Origin: Thermoguttaceae bacterium
GTDB taxonomy: Bacteria > Planctomycetota > Planctomycetia > Pirellulales > Thermoguttaceae
DNA: 64,000 bases
Reading direction: 5' to 3'
Assembly: GCA_045641205.1 (NCBI GenBank)
Contig: JAZUGM010000392.1
Coordinates: 2,577-66,576, forward strand
Of the stretch, positions 9,343 through 18,297 are shown one piece after another. The first letter of the stretch is position 1; the number at the start of each line of letters is the position of its first letter. The notes beneath the pieces were generated by a model, which saw only the letters and a list, made by a program, of their open reading frames with translations, was not told the origin of the DNA and did no database searches. The position numbers were made by a program, and so were the translations under genes.

Positions 9343-9558
9343 ATGTCGCACGAAGCGGTTAGAGCGGTTCTGGTTCCCGATATTGTTCGTTTGATTTCTG
9401 AAAAATATCAAATTTCAGAGAAAGACGCGTTGGATCGTTTTTATTCGTCCGCAACCGCCGTAAATTTCGGAGACGACGAGACGGGCTTATACGGTCAATC
9501 CGCTCTTTTCATTTTCAGCTTGTATGTAGAGGAAATTGAAGGAACGCAAAACGAGTAG
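9343..9558 (+). CDS. second DUF3791-like small protein
   Basis: ATG 9343 is 3 nt after the DUF3990 stop. ..IVRLISEKYQISEKDALDRFYSSATAVNFGDDETGLYGQSALFIFSLY resembles DUF3791. Confidence 0.6.
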   Translation: MSHEAVRAVLVPDIVRLISEKYQISEKDALDRFYSSATAVNFGDDETGLYGQSALFIFSLYVEEIEGTQNE

Positions 9559-9679
9559 AAATTGAAAGACGCGTAAAAACCAAGCGTTTGAACGGCGCTA
9601 ATTACTCCCTTGTAAACTAAAAGACTTCCGCGCGTTTGTCTCTTCTTGCTCTCTTCTTGGCAAATTTTTCAAAAAAAAC

Positions 9680-9708
9680 TTGCGACAAACGCGCCGACGC
9701 GTTATTAT
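9680..9708 (+). promoter_or_regulatory. sigma70-like promoter candidate for xylB
   Basis: TTGCGA-17 nt-TATTAT, preceded by an A-tract, about 50 nt upstream of ATG 9760. Confidence 0.35.
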
Positions 9709-9759
9709 TAGTCGTATTGGTTTTATTTTTCCCTTACCCGTAAAAGGAACCCAGCGACA

Positions 9760-11289
9760 ATGAACGCATATCTTGGAATCGACGTCGGCACTTCCGGAAC
9801 CAAAGTCCTCGCCATTCGTGCGGACGGGACGATTTTAGCAAGCGGAGTCGGCGAATACCCCTGCTACGCTCCGAAGCCGCTCTGGAGCGAACAAAATCCC
9901 GACGACTGGTGGAACGCCGTCGTTAAAGTCGTGCCCGAAGTCCTCGAAAAAGCGAAACTCGACGGCAAAGACGTCAAAGGAATCGGGCTCTCCGGGCAAA
10001 TGCACGGCTCCGTCTTTCTTGATAAAAACGACAAAGTCGTCCGTCCGGCGATTCTTTGGAACGACCAGCGAACCGCGAAAGAATGCGCCGAAATTGAAGA
10101 AGCCGTCGGCGGACGAGAAAAACTGATCGAATACGTCGCCAACCCCGCCCTGAGCGGATTCACCGCCCCGAAAATCGTCTGGTTGCGCAACAACGAACCC
10201 GAAAACTTCGAACGCGTCGCAAAAGTTCTCTTGCCGAAAGACGAAATTAGGCGCCGTCTCACCGGCGAATATGCGACGGAAGTTAGCGACGCGAGCGGAA
10301 CGTTGCTTCTTGACGTCGCGAATCGTCGCTGGTCTAAGCCGACGCTCGACGCGCTCGGGCTCGATCTCTCACTCTTGCCGTCCGTCTTCGAATCTGAAGA
10401 CGTTACGGGCAAGTTGACGCCGCAAGCCGCCGAACAACTCGGCTTGACGACCGACTGTTTCGTCGTCGGAGGCGCAGGCGACTGCGCGGCCGGCGCGATC
10501 GGCAACGGAATCGTTCGACCGGGCGTTACGTCGACGTCGCTCGGTACCAGCGGAGTCGTCTTCGTTCACTCGGACGAGCCGAAATACGACAAGCTCGGAC
10601 GCGTTCATACGTTCTGCCACGCCGTGCGCGGCAAATGGCACAATATGGGCGTCACGCTCTCGGCGGCCGGCTCGCTTCAATGGTTCCGCAACGCGCTTTG
10701 CGCCGAACTGTGGGAAAAAGCGAAAAACGAACGCGTCGACGTATACGACCTCCTGACAAAAGAGGCGGTTCAAACGCCGACGGGCGCCGACGGACTCTTC
10801 TTCCTGCCCTATTTGAGCGGCGAACGAACGCCGCACGCCGATCCGAACGCGCGCGGCTGTTTCGTCGGTCTGACCCTTGCGCATAATCGCGGACGCGTCG
10901 CGCGCGCGATTATGGAAGGCGTCGCCTATTCCTTGCGCGATTCCGTCGATATTTTCCGCAGTCTCGGCGTTCCGATCGACGAAGTGCGCGCCTCGGGCGG
11001 CGGCGCCAAAAGCCCCTTCTGGCGCCAAATTCAAGCGGACGTCTTCGGAAGCAAAGTCGTCACGCTCAATTCGGAAGAAGGCCCCGCGTTCGGCGTCGCG
11101 CTACTTGCCGCAGTCGGCGGACGAGAATACGCAAACGTCCAAGAAGCCTGCGACGCGACGATCTCGACCGTCTCGGAAATCGCCCCGAACGCCGAAGCCC
11201 AAGCCTATTATGACAAGGCGTTCCCCGTCTATCAAGGCTTGTATCGCGCGCTTAAAGAAAATTTCAAGGCGATCGCGGAATTAGCGTAA
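9760..11289 (+). CDS. xylB: xylulokinase (FGGY carbohydrate kinase)
   Basis: MNAYLGIDVGTSGTKVLAI.., GLSGQMHGSVFLD, ILWNDQRT, FFLPYLSGERTPH and ASGGGAKSPFWRQIQADVFG are FGGY/xylulokinase signatures; 509 aa. Confidence 0.9.
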   Translation: MNAYLGIDVGTSGTKVLAIRADGTILASGVGEYPCYAPKPLWSEQNPDDWWNAVVKVVPEVLEKAKLDGKDVKGIGLSGQMHGSVFLDKNDKVVRPAILWNDQRTAKECAEIEEAVGGREKLIEYVANPALSGFTAPKIVWLRNNEPENFERVAKVLLPKDEIRRRLTGEYATEVSDASGTLLLDVANRRWSKPTLDALGLDLSLLPSVFESEDVTGKLTPQAAEQLGLTTDCFVVGGAGDCAAGAIGNGIVRPGVTSTSLGTSGVVFVHSDEPKYDKLGRVHTFCHAVRGKWHNMGVTLSAAGSLQWFRNALCAELWEKAKNERVDVYDLLTKEAVQTPTGADGLFFLPYLSGERTPHADPNARGCFVGLTLAHNRGRVARAIMEGVAYSLRDSVDIFRSLGVPIDEVRASGGGAKSPFWRQIQADVFGSKVVTLNSEEGPAFGVALLAAVGGREYANVQEACDATISTVSEIAPNAEAQAYYDKAFPVYQGLYRALKENFKAIAELA

Positions 11290-11301
11290 AATTCGCCCTC
11301 G

Positions 11302-11339
11302 GAGACGTTTCAACTTCTGGCGTTGAAACGTCTCTTTTT
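11302..11339 (+). terminator. intrinsic terminator after xylB
   Basis: Perfect 13-bp stem gagacgtttcaac / gttgaaacgtctc with a 7-nt loop, followed by ttttt. Confidence 0.75.
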
Positions 11340-11731
11340 GAAACTCGACTTTTCCTAATTATATTCCTTACTCTTGAAATTTTCCAAACTATACCGCCGG
11401 ACAGACGAGAATTTAGAACGACGTCTGTTTTTCGAAGGAAAAAACAAAGGCGATAAGTATATTTCCTCGTTCCTATCTTTTTATTGTTCAAAAGGCGATA
11501 TTTCAAAATTTTGATTTTTTGCTATATATAATCTTGACTTTTTCCTTTTCTTTTTACAATTTAGAATCGCGGTTGTGTTCGTTGTTCGTATGGATGAACA
11601 CGTTAGGAACCGTAAAAAGTTTAATGTCGAACAGAGCTACCGTCAGTCTGCTATTTTATATGGATTCGCAGTAGCGTCGACGACCTGAACATAGAAAAAC
11701 TTGAAAGCAGAAACAAAGAAGGGTGTGTTTG

Positions 11732-11953
11732 ATGGTGTTTCTTGACAAGTTGATCAATGCGCTTGTAGGACCTCCAGTCATAGTTCCTACTAAGGAGTCA
11801 CGCCTGGCTTCCATTAGAAGAAACGTGCGCCTCGCAGTAGCGTCTTGCGCCAGAGGGAACGTTCTCCTGCAACAAGGACAGTATACGACGCGTGAAGAAC
11901 TTGAACGTCTGCGAGCGGAGAATTTAAAGTATGACTATGAACGTTCGCGATGA
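11732..11953 (+). CDS. small hypothetical protein (first gene of AT-rich cassette)
   Basis: ATG 11732 with AAGAAGGG 8 nt upstream; 73 aa (MVFLDKLINALVGPP...REELERLRAENLKYDYERSR). Overlaps the next ORF by 23 nt. No recognisable family. Confidence 0.4.
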   Translation: MVFLDKLINALVGPPVIVPTKESRLASIRRNVRLAVASCARGNVLLQQGQYTTREELERLRAENLKYDYERSR

Positions 11954-12644
11954 GGACGGCGGTTGCGCAAGTGAAGAAACGCTTTCCAAGATATGTCAGG
12001 ATGCGTTCGCGAGTGCGGAACAGGCTTTGAAATTGTGCGAATACGTCCCCAAGCCGAGTAGTTCGAACGTTCGGAAATCAGATGGCGGATTATGTTCGGT
12101 CGAATTACAAGGGTTGTTTATTCCGGCTGTAAATGAGTTGCGTTACGCAGGAAAACATTTAAGCGATTATATCGTTTCAAAAAGCATTGATGATTTACAC
12201 AAGGCTTATCCTCATTGTATACGTGCGAAGCACGACGCCTATGACTGTCTGATTCAATATTATTTGAGTGACTTTATTTTGTTTTGTAAACAATATGAAT
12301 TGATCGTCATAGGCGACGTTGTTCCTGAGTATAGGGATTATAAACAGCAGGTAAAAGAAATCTTAGGAAGAAACGGTAGGAACGCTGAAGCCCAAGGCGG
12401 TTACGAGGAAAAAAAATCTGATAGCGATGGGAACAAAGGGGCGGTAGACGAACTTGAAAAGTCGGCGGATATTCGCGAGGCGGATTGCAAAACATTGAAA
12501 AAAATATGCGATACGTTGGATTCTTATCGAGACGACCTGAACGCTAAACTTAAAAAGGAAAGAAGCGATAGGTTTTACAAACTTGCAGGGCTTATTGTGT
12601 CGATTGTAATTGCAATCACAGCAATTATAAAATTGATTGTATAG
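11931..12644 (+). CDS. hypothetical protein with helical N-domain (R-x4-H motif) and C-terminal TM anchor
   Basis: 237 aa; NELRYAGKHL (R-x4-H at 12141-12158); charged coiled middle; C-terminal LAGLIVSIVIAITAIIKLIV helix. Visibly AT-richer than flanking genes. Confidence 0.55.
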   Translation: MTMNVRDEDGGCASEETLSKICQDAFASAEQALKLCEYVPKPSSSNVRKSDGGLCSVELQGLFIPAVNELRYAGKHLSDYIVSKSIDDLHKAYPHCIRAKHDAYDCLIQYYLSDFILFCKQYELIVIGDVVPEYRDYKQQVKEILGRNGRNAEAQGGYEEKKSDSDGNKGAVDELEKSADIREADCKTLKKICDTLDSYRDDLNAKLKKERSDRFYKLAGLIVSIVIAITAIIKLIV

Positions 12645-12733
12645 GTCTTGATTCATTGATGGTCGCTATGTTAGTCGACAATTGGTCGAGGTATAATTAA
12701 GACGTTCAAAAAAATTGAGTTTCCTTAGATTAG

Positions 12734-12771
12734 AGCGCGCGTCTCGGAAATTTTCCGCCGCGCGCTTTTTC
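12734..12771 (+). terminator. intrinsic terminator after the AT-rich cassette
   Basis: agcgcgcg / cgcgcgct 8-bp GC stem followed by ttttt. Confidence 0.5.
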
Positions 12772-12800
12772 GTTTCTCAACGCATAAGAAAGAAACTTCG

Positions 12801-15587
12801 ATGAAAGACTATGACACAAGACGACGTAAAGCGGCGGAATCCTTCGCCCGCGACTGGAAAGACAAAGGCTCCGAACGCGGTCAAACGCAGTCCTTTTGGC
12901 ACGCTTTGTTGCGCGACGTCTACGGCGTTCCGAAGCCGGAACGACTCCTTCAATTCGAAAAAGACGTCAAGCTCGATCAGACGGGCTACGTCGACGCGTA
13001 TATTTTCGAATCGCACGTTTTGATCGAGCAAAAAGGCTTCAAAGTCGACCTAAACAAAAGTTACAAGCAGTCGGACGGCACGATCCTCACGCCCTACAAA
13101 CAGGCGAAACGTTACGCCGACGAGTTGCCCTATTCGGAAAAGCCGCGCTGGATCGTCGTCTGCAATTTTCAAGAATTCCATATTTACGATATGGACGTTC
13201 CGAAGCCGACGCCCGAAATCGTCCGCTTGGAAAATCTCAAAGACGAATACGAAAAGCTCGATTTTCTCGTCGACTTTGAAGCCGCGACGATTCGACGCGA
13301 AACGCGCGTCTCGATTCAGGCGGGCGACTTTGTCGCGCAACTCTGCCAAGAACTCGCAAAACAGTATCAAGACCTGGAATCTCTTGAAACGTCGCAAGCG
13401 CTAAACGCGTTATGCGTTCGACTCGTTTTCTGTCTTTACGCCGACGGAGCCTCGCTCTTTGGCGAAAAAGATTTGTTCAAAAAATATTTGCGTTCGTTCA
13501 GTCCGGAAAACGCAAGGCTCGCGCTTAAAGAACTCTTTCGAACCTTTAACGAGCCGCTCGACAAACGAGACAAATACCTTGATCCGAAAATCGCCGCTTT
13601 TCCTTACGTCAACGGCGGTTTGTTCGAACGGGAAACGCCGATTCCGCAACTCAACGAAAAAATCGTCGAGTTGCTTACGAGGAGCGACTGCAAAGATTTC
13701 GAATGGAACAGGATCAGCCCGACGATTTTCGGCGCCGTCTTCGAATCCGCGCTCAACCCGGAGACGCGGCGCAAGGGCGGTATGCACTACACGTCGATCG
13801 AAAATATTCACAAGGTTATCGACCCGTTGTTTTTGGACGATCTCAAGGCGGAATTTCAACAAATTAAGGATACGCCGCAACTTGGAAAACGCAAGAAGGA
13901 ACTTGAAGATTTTCAAAAGAAACTCGCGTCCCTAACCTTCCTTGATCCCGCCTGCGGCTCCGGCAATTTCCTCACGGAAACCTATCGATCCTTGCGTCGA
14001 CTTGAAAACGACGTTTTACGTCTTCTATACCCCGAAGGAACGATTTTCGCAAGTTCCGATCAGGACGCGTTGATTAAAGTCTCGATTTCGCAATTCTACG
14101 GAATAGAAATCAACGATTTCGCCGTCGCCGTCGCAAAAACCGCCCTGTGGATCGCGGAGTCGCAAGCCCTGCGAGAAACGGAGGATATTTTACAACAAGA
14201 CCTCGAGTTTCTGCCCCTGAAATCCTATTCGAATATCGTCGAAGGAAACGCGCTTAGAATCGATTGGGAAAACGTCGTTCCTAAGGAAAAATTGAATTAT
14301 ATCTTGGGAAACCCGCCCTTTATTGGTTATTCTTTTCAAACCAAAGAGCAGAAAGCCGACGTTCTTTCAATTTACGTCGACGAAAAGAACAAGCCTTACA
14401 AAACGGCGGGAAAAATAGATTACGTTTCCTGCTGGTATTTCAAGGCATGCCGACTAATGCAAGGAACGACGATTCGCGCCGCGTTTGTATCGACTAATTC
14501 GATAACGCAAGGCGAGCAAGTCGCTTCAGTATGGAAGCCGCTCTTTGATCGCTTCGACGTTCACATAGATTTTGCGCATCGAACGTTTCGTTGGGACAGC
14601 GAGGCTAACGACAAAGCAAAAGTCCATTGCGTCATAGTCGGGTTTAGCGTCGCGCCAAACGACGCTCCCAGACTTCTGTTTGACAATGAAAGCGTCAAGA
14701 AAACCGTCAATATTAACGCGTATTTATCGGACGCGTCCAATATTTTTATAGAAAGTCGACTTCAAGCGCTATGCGACGTCCCTGAAATGGTCAGTGGAAA
14801 CCGCCCGACGGACGGCGGAAATCTCATTATCGAAAAGGAAGACATAGAAGAATTTTTAACGAAAGAACCGAACGCCAAGCCGTTTGTCAAAAAATTGATC
14901 GGAGCCAAAGAATTTATTCAACGTCTCGACCGTTATTGCCTTTGGCTAGTCGACGCCAAGCCGTCGGACTTGTTGAAAATGCCGCGCGTAATGGAACGCG
15001 TCAAAAAAGTACGCGAGACGCGTTTGGCAAGTCCAGACCTTGGCGCGCGCAAACTTGCCGAAATGCCGACTCTCTTTCGAGAAACGAACAATCCCGATAC
15101 TTTTATTGTCGTTCCTTCGGTTTCTTCCGAACGTCGGCAGTATGTTCCCCTAGGTTTCTTGGACAAGAGTACGATCCCGACGAATTTAGTTTTAATCATT
15201 CCGAACGCGACGCTCTATCATTTCGGCATATTGACGTCGAGCGTCCACAACGCGTGGATGCGCGCCGTCTGCGGTCGATTAGAAATGAGATACCGCTATT
15301 CCAAAGAGATCGTTTACAACAATTTCCCTTGGCCTGACCCTACGCCGACGCAACGAGCCCGGATCGAAGCGACGGCTCAAGGAATACTCGACGCGCGCGA
15401 TCAATTCCCCGACGAGTCGCTCGCGTCTCTTTACGACGATCTCGTAACGCCCGGCGTACTTCGCGCGGCGCATCGTGAGAACGACCGCGCCGTTCTGGAA
15501 ACTTACGATTTCCCCGCCTCGGCTTCGGAATCGTACTGCGTCGCGGAGTTGTTCAAGCGTTATCGCGCGTTGACGTCTAGTCGTTAA
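12801..15587 (+). CDS. MmeI-like type IIL/IIG restriction-modification enzyme (N-terminal nuclease fused to gamma-class N6-adenine DNA methyltransferase and TRD)
   Basis: 928 aa. The N-terminus has a PD-(D/E)xK-like VDAYIFESHVLIEQK, as in the MmeI nuclease domain. FLDPACGSGNFL is the SAM motif I, and GNPPFIG is the NPPF catalytic motif IV. A long C-terminal target-recognition region follows. Confidence 0.85.
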   Translation: MKDYDTRRRKAAESFARDWKDKGSERGQTQSFWHALLRDVYGVPKPERLLQFEKDVKLDQTGYVDAYIFESHVLIEQKGFKVDLNKSYKQSDGTILTPYKQAKRYADELPYSEKPRWIVVCNFQEFHIYDMDVPKPTPEIVRLENLKDEYEKLDFLVDFEAATIRRETRVSIQAGDFVAQLCQELAKQYQDLESLETSQALNALCVRLVFCLYADGASLFGEKDLFKKYLRSFSPENARLALKELFRTFNEPLDKRDKYLDPKIAAFPYVNGGLFERETPIPQLNEKIVELLTRSDCKDFEWNRISPTIFGAVFESALNPETRRKGGMHYTSIENIHKVIDPLFLDDLKAEFQQIKDTPQLGKRKKELEDFQKKLASLTFLDPACGSGNFLTETYRSLRRLENDVLRLLYPEGTIFASSDQDALIKVSISQFYGIEINDFAVAVAKTALWIAESQALRETEDILQQDLEFLPLKSYSNIVEGNALRIDWENVVPKEKLNYILGNPPFIGYSFQTKEQKADVLSIYVDEKNKPYKTAGKIDYVSCWYFKACRLMQGTTIRAAFVSTNSITQGEQVASVWKPLFDRFDVHIDFAHRTFRWDSEANDKAKVHCVIVGFSVAPNDAPRLLFDNESVKKTVNINAYLSDASNIFIESRLQALCDVPEMVSGNRPTDGGNLIIEKEDIEEFLTKEPNAKPFVKKLIGAKEFIQRLDRYCLWLVDAKPSDLLKMPRVMERVKKVRETRLASPDLGARKLAEMPTLFRETNNPDTFIVVPSVSSERRQYVPLGFLDKSTIPTNLVLIIPNATLYHFGILTSSVHNAWMRAVCGRLEMRYRYSKEIVYNNFPWPDPTPTQRARIEATAQGILDARDQFPDESLASLYDDLVTPGVLRAAHRENDRAVLETYDFPASASESYCVAELFKRYRALTSSR

Positions 15588-15748
15588 AAAACGTGACGTC
15601 GATTCCCCCGCGCGTAAGCGCGGGCGCGAAAAGCCGCTCGTTATATACGAGCGGAAAACGTTTGAAACAGTCGTCGCGTTGATTTTTAAATTCAAACGGT
15701 TAAAATATCGGCGCACTTTTGGCGCGGTTAGCCTTTAAAGGAAACAAT

Positions 15749-16807
15749 ATGGACAAGAACGACAAAATTGTTATTCAAGACGGCAAGGTCGAAGACGTTC
15801 GACGTTCCGAGGAAGTTTATCGACAAGTTAGGGGTTACGTAATCGACGCGCAATCCAAGATATATCGCGCCGTCAATTCCGCAATGGTCGAGGCGTATTG
15901 GGAAATTGGTAAGACTCTCTTTGAAGTATGCGGAGAAAACGACCGCGCGACTTACGGGAAACAAATTCTTCAGTATGTCGCCGAAAGAATGAGTCAAGAA
16001 TTTGGCAAGGGCTTTTGCGTCTCTAATCTTAGAAGAATGAGGCAGTTTTATCGAGTCTTTCCAATTCGCGCCGCACTGCGGCGCGAATTGAGCTGGTCGC
16101 ACTATCGCCTGTTAATGAAGGTGGAGGACGCTCAAGCGTGCGGCTTTTATTTGGAAGAATCGATAAAATCGGGCTGGAGTTCGCGTCAACTGGAACGTCA
16201 AATCAACACGTTTTATTATCAGCGGCTTCTTGCCAGTAAGGACAAAACGAGCGTCGCGTCTGAAATCGAAACGTTGGAACCCAAGCCCGAATACGAAAAA
16301 ATAATTAAAGACCCGTATGTTCTCGAATTTCTGGATTTGCCGACAAACGAACGCTTTTACGAAAGCGATTTGGAACAAGCGCTCGTCGATCGTTTGCAAA
16401 ACTTTTTATTAGAACTAGGGCGCGGTTTTTCCTTTGTCGCACGACAGAAACATTTTCGCATCGACGACGAACACTTTTATATCGACCTAGTCTTTTACAA
16501 CTATATCCTCAAATGCTTCGTCTTGTTCGATCTAAAAGTCGGCAAGTTGACGCATCAAGACTTGGGTCAAATGCAAATGTACGTCAACTATTATACGCGC
16601 GAGTTAATGAACGAAGGGGACGCCCCTCCGATCGGAGTCGTTCTTTGCGCGGATAAAAGCGACGCGTTGGTTCGTTACACGTTGCCGGAAGACAATAATC
16701 AGATATTCGCCGCGAAGTATTTGCCCTATATGCCGACCGAAGAAGAACTGAAGCGGGAACTGAACTTGAACGAATTCCGACGTTTAGAGGACGAGAAAGA
16801 CGACTAA
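15749..16807 (+). CDS. YhcG/DUF1016 family PD-(D/E)xK nuclease domain protein
   Basis: Start moved to ATG 15749. ..AMVEAYWEIGKTL.., LSWSHYRLLMKV, PYVLEFLDLP and FYIDLVFYNYILKCFVLFDLKVGKLTHQDLGQMQMYVNYY are typical DUF1016 blocks. Confidence 0.85.
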   Translation: MDKNDKIVIQDGKVEDVRRSEEVYRQVRGYVIDAQSKIYRAVNSAMVEAYWEIGKTLFEVCGENDRATYGKQILQYVAERMSQEFGKGFCVSNLRRMRQFYRVFPIRAALRRELSWSHYRLLMKVEDAQACGFYLEESIKSGWSSRQLERQINTFYYQRLLASKDKTSVASEIETLEPKPEYEKIIKDPYVLEFLDLPTNERFYESDLEQALVDRLQNFLLELGRGFSFVARQKHFRIDDEHFYIDLVFYNYILKCFVLFDLKVGKLTHQDLGQMQMYVNYYTRELMNEGDAPPIGVVLCADKSDALVRYTLPEDNNQIFAAKYLPYMPTEEELKRELNLNEFRRLEDEKDD

Positions 16808-16976
16808 CGTTTCAAAGCGCAGACCTTCTTGAGTAACAAGGAAAATTGGGGAAATTACAGACAAGACGGCAAAACGCCGATAAAGAAAACGAAGGAGCGC
16901 GTAAAAACGCTCGAGGTCGGAAAGTTTAGCCGACTTCAATTAAAACCATCCGCGCCGTCAACAAAGGAAAGCGTTA

Positions 16977-18083
16977 ATGAAAATCCTCGTCGCCGTCAAT
17001 CAATCTCGCGTTCTTTACGATTTCAAACGCGAACTAGTCGACGCGCTTCTTGCGCGCGGCGACGACGTTTGGCTTTCTTTTGAAGAGGATTTTCGCGCGA
17101 GTTATTTCGAAGCGACGCGCGCCAAACTCGTTGAAACGCCGATCGATCCTCGTGGAATCGACCCTCGAAAAGACTTGAAGCTCTATTTCTTCTATCGTAG
17201 ATTGTTGAAGCAAATCAAGCCGGACGTCGCGCTTCTGTTCACAATCAAGCCGAACGTTTATTGCGGTCAAGCCTGCCGTTCTTTTCACGTTCCCTACCTT
17301 GCGACGCTTTCGGGGCTTGGCGCGGCGGTCAATTCTCGCGGACTGTTGAGTCGCGTTTCGACTTCGCTGTATCGGCTAGGGCTCAAGGGCGCGACGCGTG
17401 TTTTCTGCCAGAACGAATCGATCGTCCGACGCGCGGTCGAAGAGAAACTAGCGCGCGAGGAACAAATAAGGCTCGTGCCCGGCTCCGGGGTCGATCTTCA
17501 ACGTTTCGCTTACGCGGACTACCCCGCGCCGGACATACCGATTAAATTACTCTTTGTCGGTCGTTTAATGCGCGACAAGGGCGTCGCGGAGTTTGTCGAG
17601 TGCGCGCGACGCTTCCGCGAACGAGGCGTCAAGTTCCAAATACTAGGCGCGCCCGAACGACGTTGCAACGAATTCAAATTAGTCGTCGAAGCGCAAAAAG
17701 AAGGCGTCGTCGAATACCTTGGCTACTCGCTCGACCCGCGCCCCTATTATCGCGAAGCAAGCGCGATCGTTTTGCCGACTTACCACGAAGGGCTTTCCAA
17801 CGTCTTACTTGAAGGCGCGGCGTCGGGTCGTCCCGTCTTGGCGTCGAACGTCCCAGGTTGTTTGGAAACGTTCGACGAAGGACGCACCGGGCTGGGATTT
17901 CAGCCGCGCGACGTCGACGCGCTGGCGCAAGCGCTCGAAAGGTTTCTCAAAACGCCTTGGAACGAACGACGCGAAATGGGACGACAAGGACGCGAAAAAG
18001 TCGCCGCGCAATTTAACCGCGAAGACGTCGTAAAAAAATATTTGCAAGAAATCGACGAAAACGTCACGGCGTTGCGTCGCTGA
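16977..18083 (+). CDS. glycosyltransferase family 4 (GT-B fold)
   Basis: MKILVAVNQS..; C-terminal half has YHEGLSNVLLEGAASGRPVLASNVPG (E-x7-E). RBS AAAGGAAAG upstream. Confidence 0.85.
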   Translation: MKILVAVNQSRVLYDFKRELVDALLARGDDVWLSFEEDFRASYFEATRAKLVETPIDPRGIDPRKDLKLYFFYRRLLKQIKPDVALLFTIKPNVYCGQACRSFHVPYLATLSGLGAAVNSRGLLSRVSTSLYRLGLKGATRVFCQNESIVRRAVEEKLAREEQIRLVPGSGVDLQRFAYADYPAPDIPIKLLFVGRLMRDKGVAEFVECARRFRERGVKFQILGAPERRCNEFKLVVEAQKEGVVEYLGYSLDPRPYYREASAIVLPTYHEGLSNVLLEGAASGRPVLASNVPGCLETFDEGRTGLGFQPRDVDALAQALERFLKTPWNERREMGRQGREKVAAQFNREDVVKKYLQEIDENVTALRR

Positions 18084-18167
18084 CGTCTATTAGTCCATAA
18101 AATTCTCTATACGATTCGCGTTTTGACGCAAAATCAATAAATAAAAAAATATTTATTCTGAAATTAG

Positions 18168-18196
18168 TTGCAACCGTCCCTCGAATATGATATATT
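18168..18196 (+). promoter_or_regulatory. sigma70-like promoter candidate
   Basis: TTGCAA-17 nt-TATATT in an AT-rich spacer about 100 nt upstream of ATG 18298. Confidence 0.35.
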
Positions 18197-18297
18197 CAAG
18201 TTTTCGCGCGAGGGGCGGCGTTTTCCTAAACGCGCGCTTTTCGCGTCTACGTCCTTGCGACAGTATCGTCCTCGTTTTTTCGTATGGAGACTAACTT

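Noticed and set aside
12801-15587. BREX PglX methyltransferase
   Set aside because: The protein has an MmeI-type N-terminal nuclease motif and MmeI-like length. No BrxA/B/C, PglZ or BrxL genes flank it.
16829-17083. 84-aa ORF upstream of and overlapping the glycosyltransferase
   Set aside because: It is Arg/Lys-rich and overlaps the well-supported GT4 start (ATG 16977 with RBS). It has no motif.
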